Shown here: in pieces, positions 1-12,218 of the stretch
How positions within the stretch are numbered: position 1 is the first letter of the stretch
Layout: the number at the start of each line of letters is the position of its first letter
Origin: Azolla caroliniana
Taxonomy: Eukaryota > Plantae > Polypodiophyta
Assembly: GCA_043228905.1 (NCBI GenBank)
Contig: JBHGNT010000002.1
Coordinates: 2,046,001-2,110,000, forward strand
Direction: 5' to 3'
DNA length: 64,000 nt
Notes under the pieces: model-generated
The model's database searches: none
Told to the model about the DNA's origin: nothing
Seen by the model: the letters and a program-made list of their open reading frames with translations, nothing else
Position numbers and translations under genes: made by a program

Positions 1-882
1 AAACTGCCAAAATTAAATATATCTCTATAATAGGACCGCCGTCATATTTGTTTCCTTACCTTGGACGAATTTTGCAAGAATATTTTTTCACGAGCAGATT
101 TTGCATATTATAATTTTTTGAGAAAGAGAGTTTTCTGATATTTTGTTGCCACAAATTCGGTGTTTTTGCTTGCTTTTTACAACTGTGTTCATCTGCGACA
201 TCTACAAAGTAATTCATCAAGCTCCTTAGCAAATGATTAGATTCATATGATAGGATCATTATCAAAATCAGCATCATTTTGTTTACTTGTATGATAGGAT
301 ACTTTTTGCATGAACAGAGATTTGCAAGCATAGCTCTGGTAAAAAGAAGTTTTGATATTTTTACTCAAGTCAAGGGATGCAAGATACAGTGACATGTGGT
401 CATGCTACAAATAAGATGCCAAAACAGTATTTGGATCACAAATTTGCCAATTCTTCTGTTCAAGTCCATGGAATTTTTATTCTGAATTGACCAACAACTT
501 TTACCAGCGAGATAATAATATTCTTATGTATATTGTACTGTCAAAATATATAGAAGTATAATTTTTATAGTAAAAAAATAAATATAGAAGTGAGGTGAGA
601 TATCTCATTGCAATTTAATTTGGGAACTATGGTAATATGTATTATTTGTTCATCTCATGATTGAAACTTTAATGGGGATGACAAAGGTCTTTTCCAGTTT
701 GTGCATGATATGTTTATGCTAATCTTGAGTTTGCAGTTAAATGATATTTGGATGAGTTGTCCTTTTGTAGATATCATTATCTCTTTTCGTTTCATTTACA
801 TTTGATCACATTTTATTATATGGAATTTGCTAATGTTATTTAAGGCTTTTAATCCTTAATTATTTTATTTCATGGTTTGCAG

Positions 883-3800
883 GCTTTCTTTTAACTCTGT
901 GGCTATCCTATGCAATGATGAAATCAAATGAATTTCTGAAGAAGCAGACAGCTCTAAAGGTATGCTTCTCTACAGTTACCGAGGATGAGTAATTGATCCC
1001 GCACATCACAATTTATTGTTCATAAAATTACATCACATCATTTACACCTAAAAGAGCCGTCTCTACGTATACTGAAACAAACATCAAATGCATCCTATAT
1101 TAGCTTTTATAATTCATAAACTCATATATTTCTAAGGTTTGATGAATTTTTAAAACTTAAAATAGCATCTTGTAAGGGCTCCTCTGTTAGATATAATCAA
1201 TGATCAGCTCGAAGTTGTAAATCTATCCCCATATGTGCTCTTTGAGTGCAAATTTTGTGATAGCGCCCCAAATGAGGAGCGACTAGTGTGCAACTCGACC
1301 ATATGGGTCGATAAGGTGTTAATCTAGGGAACCGTAGATGCGTAGGACACAATGTATTTAGGAAAGAGCGAAATAGTAATAGGATTGGCTAATCAAGTCA
1401 ACTAGAATATTTTGTGGGCAAGTTACGATGTACTTAGTCTTGAAGTATGTGCCATTGACTTCAAGATAAGTATTATCTAGCTCTAGCCTATATCTAGGGA
1501 GTTGGGTCATATTAAATGACAAGTTAGTTGACAGAAAAGGAATATCTCCACTACTATCAACTGACTTGCACATTTAATGTTATACTCAGACCAAATGTAG
1601 AATATAATCCACTTTCTTACACAGTGGTTGGATTGATCATCAGTCCCCACTAATTTTGTAGTGAGCTGGTCCAGATCCCATCTAAGCTCTAAAGTGTGAG
1701 TGCATGGGTGAACTACCATTGTGAGTTACTTTCATATGTAATAGAAGTTTTGTTTTCATATATCCATCTTTGTGGTTGTAACTCTATATACCTATCTAAT
1801 CGATTCTCAATATTTCTAACATGGTATCAAAGTTGAGAGGTTGATCTAGATTAAGTATATACAGGTAGTTGTTGTCTAGCAGCACAGAGAGAGAGAGAGA
1901 GAGTATCAATGGCCTTGTCCATGAATGTTGCAGTTGCTCCACTGCACATTCGGCCACCTCCATTGGCTGATGGAAAGCTAGATGGAACCAACTACACTCT
2001 ATGGAAGTTCAAAATGTCTGCCATTTTGGACTCCTACGAGTTGTTGGAGACAATCATGGGACCCATAGGAGGAGACCCTGAGCCCATGCTGACCTTTGAC
2101 CCTGCACACCCTACCCCATCAATCCCTCCAAATGTTGATCTACTTCGAACCTGGAAGAGAAGGAATGCTGATGCGCTGTGTACCATAGTCACTGGTGTAT
2201 GTGACTCTGTACTAACATTAGTGCAACATACAACCAGGGCACATGAAGCTTGGAGCATATTGGCCAGCCAGTATGAAACCAGAAACTATACAAGGATACA
2301 AAACCTCGAAAATCAGCTTGCTGCAGAGAATCTCGCTGATGGAGAGAAAGTAGAATCCTTTGTAAAAAGGATTAAGGATCTTCAAGATCAGCTGGCAGTT
2401 GTTGGAGTAGTTGTCTCTCCAGAGGATATGGCTCGTTGGTGCATTCGAGTACTTCCTTCCAAGTATGATGGCATTGTGACAACATTGAACACTCAGGTTC
2501 GACCCACTCCTTTAAAATTTGATGAACTAAGTGCAATGGTGCTTGAAGAGGAGCTTCAGCTGAAGACAAGAGAAGGAAGGGAAGATTTGGCATTTGTCTC
2601 TAGGACTAAGGGTAAAGGGGCATCCAATTCAAACAATGCGAATAGGATTCCAAAGAAGAAGAAGTTCAATGGATCATGTTTCTACTGTGACAAGATGGGT
2701 CACACAATCAAGGATTTTCGGAAGAAGATGGCGGATGAGAAGAATGGTTCTAGTAAGACTTCTTGGATAGAGCCCGAGTCCACCATCAACGTCGTACATG
2801 AGCTTGATTTATGGGTTGCAACTGAAGAAGTGTGTTCTTCAGTTGACACTCAAGTTGTCGATGACTCTTGGATTCTCGATAGTGGAGCGTCCCGACATAT
2901 GGCCAGTAATCGTGACTGGTACAACTCTTGGACACCTCAACAAGAGCCCATCAATGTTGTGGTCGGGAACAATGCTCGATGTCCAGCCAAAGGAACCGGA
3001 ATGGTCTCCCTCAAAAGCAACGACCGGCGGGACTTGGACACCTCTACAAGAGCCCATCAATGTTGTGGTCGGAAAAAATGCTCGATGTCCAGCCAAAGGA
3101 ACCAGAACGGTCTCTCTCAAAGCAACGACCGGTGGGACAAAGCATCTCCCTCAAGTGTTGTACGTGCCCGATCTCAAGAAGAATCTATTGTCTATTTCTA
3201 CACTGACTGACAAGGGTCTTGATGTTCGATTCAAGAAGTCGGGTGCAGAAATCACAGATTTTGTTGACAAGGTTGTAGGAATAGGGGTAAGGCGCAACAA
3301 TCTCTATGAGCTGAGCGCGTTTACGATTTCTACTGACCACAACACAAGTACTAACACAAAGCAATGGCATGAGAGATTTGGGCATCTCAATGTTGCTATG
3401 TTGAAGGAGATGAAGAAGTCAAATATGGTAGTTGGGTTGCCAACCCTATCTGACTTGAGTCATGTTTGTGATGCTTGTATGATGGGCAAGCATCAAAGAT
3501 CAGCCATTCCAAAAGAGAGTCAAAATCGGACAAAGACTCCTCTACAGCTAATACACATTGACCTCTCTGGGAAAATGGTGACTCATGCAATGGGTGGATC
3601 TCTCTACTATATGCTACTAGTCGATGACTGCAGTAGAAAGATGTGGGTTTACTTCCTTCGGGAGAAAGCTGAAGCTTTTAAAATCTTCAAAAGATGGCAT
3701 AAGTTTGTCGAGTGAGAGTCTGGAAAGTTAGTGAAGGAGTTACGCTCTGATCGAGGTGGAGAATTCTTATCAATAGAATTTTATGAGTACATATTGCAAA

Positions 3801-6800
3801 GAGCATGGAATTAAGCGCCAACTTAAAACTGCCTACTCCCCACAACAAAATGGTGTTGTTGAATGTTGAAACCGAACAATTGTCGAGATGGCTAGGTCTA
3901 TGTTGAAGGCACAAGCGCTGCTTGACCCATTCTGAGCTGAAGCAGTGAATACAGCAGCTTACATCCTCAATCGGAGCTACACGAAAGCACTTCAAGGGAA
4001 AACACCCCAAGAAGCTTATTCAAGCAAGAAACCTTCAGTGCTACACTTCAGAACCTTTGGGTGTACGTGCTATGCACATGTTCCAGATGTGAGTAGAAAG
4101 AAGTTGGATGCTAAAAGCAAGAAATGTATCTTTCTCGGATATAGTGAAGAGTCAAAGGCCTATCGGCTCTACGATCCAGAGGCAAGAAAGATATTGACAA
4201 GCCGTGATGTGGTGTTCGACGAGGAACAACCACAGCTAGCTGAGAACAGCGATTCTCAAGTTACACATGTCCAGAAAAGGAAGCTGAAGTATTCCACCCA
4301 ATCCTGACCCACTGTCCAGAAAAGGAAGCTGAACCATCTGACGGTAATGGCTCGCTAGTTCAGCCTATGCCAGTCCCACATGTAAAGAAAATACCTAAGT
4401 GGGCTCTACAACTCTTCAATGACCATACCCCTAAAGTTGAGTTTCCTGAAACTTCAACTAATGGATTACAAAGATCAAGAAGAATACAGGAGCAAGGGAG
4501 AACCTCTGACCACATTCTCAACATGGCTCTGATGGTGGACATCATAGGCTTAGTGAGTGAGCCGATCTCGGTGGAAGAAGCCATGGCCGACCCGAAGTGG
4601 AAAGAGGCGATGATATCAGAATACGATAGCATCATGAAAAATGACACATGGGAGTTGGTAGAGAGGCCAACAAAGAAGAAGGTGATAGGCACCAAGTGGG
4701 TGTGGAAAGTAAAGTATAAAGCTGATGGTTCTTTGGAGAAGTTCAAGGCCAAGCTAGTGGCACAAGGATACTCCCAAATTGAAGGGTTCGATGTACAAGA
4801 AACATTTGCCCCAACAACTCGCATGTCAATAATTCGAATGGTCATAGCGTTGGCTGCTTCAAGAGGATGGCCAATTTATTAAATGGATGTCAAATCGGCA
4901 TTTCTGAATGGGCATCCATTTAGGTGCCCATTCAGAAATGTGCTTCGGATCAATCGGATCAACCACCAGGGTTTGAGGTGCCTAATTCAGAAAACAAAGT
5001 CTGCAAGCTGAAGAAGGTGTTGTATGGTCTAAAGCAAGCACCAAGAGCTTGAAACAAAACGATAGACAACTTCTTACGATCAATCGACTTTAAGCAATGT
5101 GCTTTGGATGCAAGTATGTATGTCAAAATGAAGGACGGGAAACAAGTCATCATCATCATTTACGTGGATGATCTAGTACTTATTGGTGACCATGAAGAGT
5201 GTATTGGCCAAACACAAGAGTGTTTGAAAACTGAGTTTGAAATGACAAACTTGGGGATTCTACACTATTTCCTTGGAATTGAGATTTGGCAAACCTCGGT
5301 TGGCATCTTTATGTCACAAAGAAAGTATGCAACAGAGATCTTGAAGACCTTTGGAATGATGGACAGCAAGTCAAAGTCGACTCCAATGGAGTCAAATTGC
5401 AAGCTATCCCAAGAAGACCCGTCACCAATGTTTGACATAAGGAAGTATAGACAACTAGTAGGAAGTCTAATTTTCCTATGCAACACTAGGCCAGATATCT
5501 GTTTTGCAGTCAATGTGGTGAGTCGATTCAGCAACAAGCCAAAGGAGGCTCATTGGAAAACTGCATTACGTGTATTAAAGTACATTGTGGGTACTTTAAA
5601 TTACGAATCTTCTACAAGCCAACAATTGACGAACTTAGTGGGTATTCTGACTCATACTGGGCTGGAGATAGTGATTCCAGAAAATCAGTTTCTGGATATT
5701 GTTTTTCAATAGGCGCTGGAGCTGTTTCATGGAGTAGTAAAAAACAACCAAGAATGGCACTATCTTCAACAAAGGTAGAATACAAAGCAGCATGCATAGC
5801 GGCATGAGAGGTAGTTTGGCTAAGAAGAATCCTTATGGATGTGGCGGTTCCAATAAGGACGACAACGGTATTGAGGTGTGACAATCAGAGTTGCATGGCC
5901 ATTGCCAAGAACCCCGTATTTCATGCATGTACTAAACACAGAGATTCAGTATCACTACTATTAACTGACAAGTCAGTTCGCAGAAAATGAATATCTCCAC
6001 TACTATCAACTGACTTGCACATTTAATGTTATACTCAGACCAAACATAGAATATAATCCACTTTCTTACACAGTGGTTGGATTGATCATCAATCCCCACT
6101 AATTTTGTAGTGAGCTGGTTCAGATCCCATCTAAGCTCTAAAGTGTGAGTGCATGGGTGAACTATCATTGTGAGCTACTCTCATATGTAATAGAAGTTTT
6201 GTTTTCATATATCCATCTCTGTGGTTGTAACTCTATATACCTATCTAATCGATTCTCAATATTTCTAACTTCCTCAAATAGTAAGGTTTCGTATGTTGGA
6301 GATCGGGGCTTATCGGTGTGGTTCAGGGACTCACACAAGGGGGCTTGACAAAGGCAATTTTATTCCATGGTGCAACATGCAACAACGTACATGTCTATCT
6401 ATGGTTTATTAATTGTAGCTTGTGGGTAATCCAAAAACTGGTTGTCTTATATATTGTAGACTATAGTTATATCATTTTTGTGCATCTTCTCTTAAAATTT
6501 AAAATTTATTATATTTTATCTTCAATTCTATGAGAGGGAGAGGCAGTGGTAGGGAGGGATAGAGATTAGAGTGACATTTTAAACTGAGTCAAACTTGCCA
6601 ACTAGACAATTAAAAGAAGACAACGTGATTCAATATGCATCCTATCATACACAGTGAAAAAAATCTGATTGCTGAATTCCAAATTTGTATATTCTAAATG
6701 TTTTATCTTTTTAAGGATCCATCAATATGAGACACCTTAAATAACATGTCTATCTTAGGTATCTAAATGTGATGGGCTTCATTCACGTCTCTTTCTTTTT

Positions 6801-8810
6801 TTTCTTGTTGCTAGAAGCAAGCTTGCTTTCCACAGCCACTGCACTTTTCTCCCTAGTTTCTCATATGCCATATTCTAAATGTTTGAATTCTTCCACCCTG
6901 CATCGGTATCTTGTTAAGAGAACTTGGCTCAATTATGGTTGTAGAGATACAACAGGCATTGTATTCAAAGTAGGATTTGAAAATTGATATATTTCAAGTA
7001 TTTTATCTTTTTGAGAATGCAATGTATGTGAATCACCATAAATAACATGTCTGTGTTAGTTGTCTCTGAAATGATGGGCTTCATTCATATGCATTTCTTT
7101 TTTCTCTTGTTTCTCATATGCCATATTCTAAATGCTATTGGAGACACCTTGCATGTCCGACATTTCTCCTCTCAATATTTCAGATATTATTAAATATGGA
7201 CTTATGTCCTCCCAATTATTTAGCTATATCAATACAAAATTATGTCACTCTTAAATCGGTCATATTTGTAGTTCCATTGCTATATAGTCTATAAGTCTCT
7301 AATCCATATTCCGATACTCATTCAAAAAGTAAAACAAGAAAATGAGGCAAAACTATAAATATATTTTAAATATATAATCTTCATCCCGTGTGCTTTTGCA
7401 GGGTGAGAGGAAAAGTGTTTTTATTGGCATTGGCGGAGGACTATTACTGATGCAGATCATAGCTGTATACTGGTGGTGTACAAAAGATTTACTGAGGTCT
7501 CTAATAATGCTGCCACCCAAGGAGGTTCCAGAGTTTTGGCATGCAGTTTTCATTATTTTGATGAACGGTAAAGGATTTATTAGTGAATTACGAATGAATC
7601 TGGCACTTTCCGTAGTGATTATAATGACAATCTTTTCTTCCCCGACAGATATACTGGTTAGACAAGGAGCCATGGTCTTGAAATCGTGGCTTCTTATCTA
7701 CTACAAAAACAGAAGGGGTCGTAATTATCGTCTACAGGTCTAAATATCTGGCACAGATTTTTTGGATACTATACTTCAATGTTTATAAACTTTCAACGTG
7801 GCTTTTTTTTTGTTCTATTATATCCCCCTCAATCAGGTTCCCAAAACGTTTAGAATCTATTTTATCACCTAGAATTGATTTCTGGAATCTGTTTTGTATT
7901 ATATGTATATTTTTCTCATATCAGCATTTGAATTTATTAAAGAGACAGGGAGATTTGTAAATCTTGGTTGATATTTGCAACATCCAGGGTCAGCTTCTTA
8001 CTCTAATTGAGTATTTCATATTGCTCTATCGAGCTTTGTTACCGACACCTGTATGGTATCGCTTCTTTTTGAACAAAGACTATGGAAGTTTCTTCTCATC
8101 CTTAACAACGGGGTTGTACCTTACTTTCAAGCTCACGTACTTACTGGAGAAGGTGGCTATACATTACAGCTCACAATACTGGAATATATTTGCCTTGATG
8201 TGCCTGGATGTGAACACACTTCTGCACTCTTTCAGGTTAATCTTTTTATTGCTGCTGTAAAAGCACTGTCACGGAAAGAAATGCAATATGGCTCATATGC
8301 AACAGCAGAAGAGGTATTTGTGCATCATCCCGATGAATGAATGCATGTGAAAAGAACTTCATATTTTCTTAAGAAGCTTTTGTGCGTTATAATGTTATTT
8401 CAAATTTTATGAAAATGATTGAATACAGAAAATAGATAATGGGATAATATTCTGAATTCATTTCTTTCTCTCAATTGAGCAGACCCTAACTAATCAGTTG
8501 TGTTATTGGTAGGTAACTGCTGCAGGTGACATATGTGCAATATGCCAAGAAAAAATGCATGCACCAATCTTGCTCAGCTGCAAACATATGTTCTGTGAAG
8601 ATTGTGTCTCTGAATGGTATGCTAAATTTGTATTGAATGAAGGGGTTTGATGGTGATGTTCTGTTCTAAAGTTATGCCAACACTTGAATTCTTTTTCTAA
8701 TCAGGCTTGAAAGGGAGAGGACATGTCCACTCTGTCGTGCATTTGTGAAGCCAGCAGATTTAAAGTCATTTGGGGATGGCTCAACTAGTCTCTTTTATCA
8801 AATGTTCTGA
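883..8810 (+). CDS. RING-HC finger and transmembrane domain protein (RNFT1/2-like E3 ligase), 3' part; exons 883-959, 7402-7567, 7649-7737, 7988-8152, 8236-8313, 8513-8616, 8705-8810; 5' exons lie upstream of the window
   Basis: GT-AG bounded exons join in frame: ...[15 protein letters not shown]|GERKSVFIG...[12 protein letters not shown]|DILVRQGAM...|GQLLTLIEY...[11 protein letters not shown]...|...[28 protein letters not shown]|[35 protein letters not shown]3HC4 RING at the C-terminus. Confidence 0.9.
1185..1821 (+). repeat. 5' LTR of the copia element (637 bp)
   Basis: TG...CA ends with short inverted termini TGTTAG/CTAACA; followed by PBS; homologous to 5958-6270 and 31020-31655. Confidence 0.95.
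1909..5957 (+). pseudogene. copia gag-pol, disrupted by stops and frameshifts
   Basis: Gag ([11 protein letters not shown], degenerate zinc knuckle CFYCDKMGH), protease [11 protein letters not shown]-pre-integrase WHERFGHLN...CDAC, integrase core, RT (WVWKVK, YVDDLV), RNaseH (SDSYWAG, LRCDNQS). In-frame stops at ~3713, 4880 and 5805 plus frameshifts. Confidence 0.93.
5958..6270 (+). repeat. 5'-truncated 3' LTR
   Basis: Matches the last ~310 bp of the 5' LTR with about 13 substitutions by eye; ends CTAACT followed by the TSD TCCTC. Confidence 0.93.
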
Positions 8811-10720
8811 CAAAACAAAAGCGTTTTACTCACATAGATACCCAGAAATGTATTTATAAGTCTTGGAAGGGGTTTGATAAAGTTGCATGGGTTGTTCGAT
8901 CATCCTATCAATGCGCTGAGCCTGTCAACGTGCTCTTCTGTTTAAAGCAGCTCTATGTACTGTACACATCAAATTACTAAAGGTCATAACCAGGAAAGAC
9001 AGAATGTGAAACCTCTTCACAGCAAACAATCAGAGATGGAAAGGAATGCTTCCCAGCAGTGTGACATTTAACCAGAATGGGTCTTCGGCAGTATATGGGG
9101 GTATAATATTCTCAATTTTACACTTCCAGATTACCAGATTATGCTATGTTGCAAAAACAAAGACCTACAATCTTAAGAGAGATTGGATAACACCAGCTAT
9201 TTTTGTGCTGGAATAGTATCAACTCATTCTATGGGCCATACCTGGTTTATTGTAACCTTCTGTGTATAGATCCAGGATGATAAATTAAGTGATGAAGGTC
9301 TTAAAGAAGTTCAGAATAATATTCCTTACCCACAAAACATAAGATATTTACCTCGTAAATCCTCGTTTTCATATTGTAAAAATCCTGTAAACCAAGGTAT
9401 AAAAGTGGGAGTTATTGTCAGTTAATTGACAAAATTGCAAAATATTCTGTAGATCCAACAAATATTGCTAAATACTTTGTAGAAGAGCTATATATGTGGA
9501 CCTCATGCTGTAGACAAGACCAAAAGAGAGGGGTGTGGAAATAGTCAAATAATATACATTACCTGTATAATGCTCATTTTTGCATTATAGATGTAGCTAG
9601 AAGATAAAGCTTGCACCATGGGCTCTTTCTGTTCACATGTGATTTTGTAAACAAGAAGTTTGCAGTGTGCTGTTTCCCTTCACATGATTTTTGTGAACAA
9701 GATGTGGGCAAGAATTTGTACTTAGATACACTAGTTCGTTAAACTGTGAACCAAGCATATCAGATCATTGATGTTTGACAGTGAACCTCACTAAACGACA
9801 TGGTAATACATGATCACATGAATGAATTGCTTATAAGTTATATATTTGCAAACATACCTTAATAAATGAGGTATTACCATGTGGTTGGCTGAGTCATTTG
9901 TTGATCAAAACAATATACTTAACCATTCTGCAAGTAGACCTTGTATGTTCAATTGGCCTCACTTTTGTAGAAATAATTCCTTGTTGTGTGTTGCTTTTTT
10001 TTACAGCAATTCAGTGAATACCTTATTAGACAATGATGTACGGCAATTAGTTCTACTAGACATTTATACATGTTAAGAGTCTCAACATAATGAAAGCTAT
10101 GAGACTGGATGAAGATCTGGTGCATATTAGCATGTGGTTGGGGTTGAGTCATAATCAAGACTTGAATTGGCCGATCATTTGTCTAAAAGACACAATATAG
10201 TTAAAATTTTGAACTACATCTCAAGTTTATTGTGCCCTCTGTTTACACTTGATATGTGATGGCAAAAAGCATCAAAATTTATGTGAACCTTTGTACACAG
10301 TCATTATCTAGTCGTGAATTTATCTTCATCGAATTTGTTGTGGATCTTATGAAACTTAGCATCAACATAATCTGGTGAATTGAGGCTACACGCTGTAATC
10401 TCCTGCACTAAGACTACAATTTAACCTTAGAAAGAGTAATTGTGTGTATCCAGAAAACTGAAAATACTACCATTTTGTGTGTTTGTTTATTCTGTGAGGA
10501 TTACCTTTCTGCACGACTGTCTTGACCATTTTAATGTGTTCCTGTTTCACTGCCACTGGTGTAATTCTCTGAGTGTTTCTAATCTAATCAGGCAAGCGTT
10601 GATGTCTGGCACACCCAACCGACTCGTTGCCTCGCATTTCACTTTATTCTTTTGTTGTGTGGTGCTCAAGTTGTGATCCTTCCATATCTTAATCATGTGA
10701 ATTGAAGTTAGACTCTACAG

Positions 10721-12218
10721 TTTTGTGGGTCTGCATGTCAACTCTGCCTCCTTGCAGTCTAAAGCCCCTTCTTCTGTAAAGTAAAAGTTAAAACGTTTTA
10801 TCAAATGTGAGCTTTGTTTTTAGGCACTTACATAACAGAACTGGAAACTTATCTAATTCCACAATCTGCATTTACAGAGCTTCTCTGATGAAATGAGAGA
10901 ATCAGATAAAAAAGTTGTGACATTCCGTACAACAGCTTCTGATAGAGCTACTTTTAAATTCTTTTAACATGCCATTATTCGGGATTTCTTTTGGATTAAT
11001 TAACTTTTTTTCTCTTATGTCTTGTTTATATGCAGGAGGGTTTTAATGGATGTATTAGAGTTCATATATACAGGGAGGTTGCAAGCAAGCACAATATGGC
11101 CATTGCTCATCATTCTTAGGGTTGCTGATAAGTATGAAGTTACTGCTTGTTTGAGGCAATGTAGTAGGCTTCTACAAAGTCTCCCCATGAAACCTGAATT
11201 GGCTCTTCTATTTCTGGAATTGCCTTTAAACTTCTTACATAGAAACATGATGTAGCCACTAATTGGTGCTGCTATAAAATTCCTTGTGTTGTCATACCAG
11301 GATGTGACACGGTTAGTTAGCCATGCACTTATTTTTAATGTAGCAAGGTGTTAAGATTTTATCATCAAAGTTTTGGTAGACACCCTGAATCTAAAAAAAG
11401 AATCTAAAATGTGCTTGACAAAAAGTTTAAAAACTAGCCCAAATTTTCTATAAACGTAGGGTTTCATAGATATAAATTCATCCACTCATGGTTCAGCCAT
11501 AGTTATAGTTAGTGTGTACATCAGGTTCCTTCCGCTACTTTTTAACTAATACATTATGACTTGGTTGATTTTGGCAGATGCCAAGAAGAAGTCATGAACC
11601 TGCCATTGGCAGGCCTAGAAGTGATGTTCTCGAGTGACGACTGGCAGGTTGCATTGGAAGATAATGTTTATGATTTTTTTCTCAAGTGGGCGAGAATACA
11701 TAATCCTCAGTTGGAAGAGAGGAAGGAGGTCACCTTATCCGATTTTCGATGATGTCACTTGGGAGGCTTCGAAAAATGCTGATATCTCCTGAGTTAGATC
11801 ATGACGTTGTATATGAATTGGTCTTTGAAGAATTGTTTTTATAAAGGTGAAATGCCTCATCGGAGGAGACAGTTAGCTATGAGGGATGCTATGTATGGAA
11901 AATTCACTGAAAGGTCCTATAGATATCGTCCAATTAACCTGCCATGGTTGAATTTTAGATCCCACATCAACAATGCATTGTGTATCTGGATTTGAAGAAA
12001 GAGGAATGGATTTCCTTGTTTCCGCAAGGAAAGATGTATTCTCAAGCATTCATTTGGGTGGCCGAGGATTCTTCCTTTTAGCTAATTGTAATTAAATGCA
12101 TTCCATTGTTTCGGGTTCTTTCTAGGCATCACGAGACAGGGTCAGTGAGCATTTCTGTGGATTATGAATTTTCTGCTAGGAAAAAGCTCCAAAAAGACTT
12201 TGTTCTCTAGTAGAAGGG
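10721..12218 (+). pseudogene. BTB/POZ-BACK protein pseudogene (POB1/LRB-like)
   Basis: Exon-like pieces encode HVNSA..KAPSS, FSDEMRESDKKVVTFRTTAS, LMDVLEFIYTG...[73 protein letters not shown] and SVDYEFSARK. Premature TAG at 11253-11255 and several frameshifts. Confidence 0.85.

Larger units (their letters stand above)
1185..6270 (+). mobile_element. Ty1/copia LTR retrotransposon, near full-length, decayed, inside an intron of the RING gene
   Basis: 5' LTR 1185-1821 (TGTTAG...CTAACA); Met-tRNA-like PBS TGGTATCAAAG at 1822; gag-protease-integrase-RT-RNaseH order; partial 3' LTR ~5958-6270; TSD TCCTC at 1180-1184 and 6271-6275. Confidence 0.96.

Noticed and set aside
6276-6350. With 1171-1184, a TG...CA mini-LTR interrupted by the copia
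   Set aside because: No matching TSD (CATCT vs AAGGC) and weak terminal repeats.
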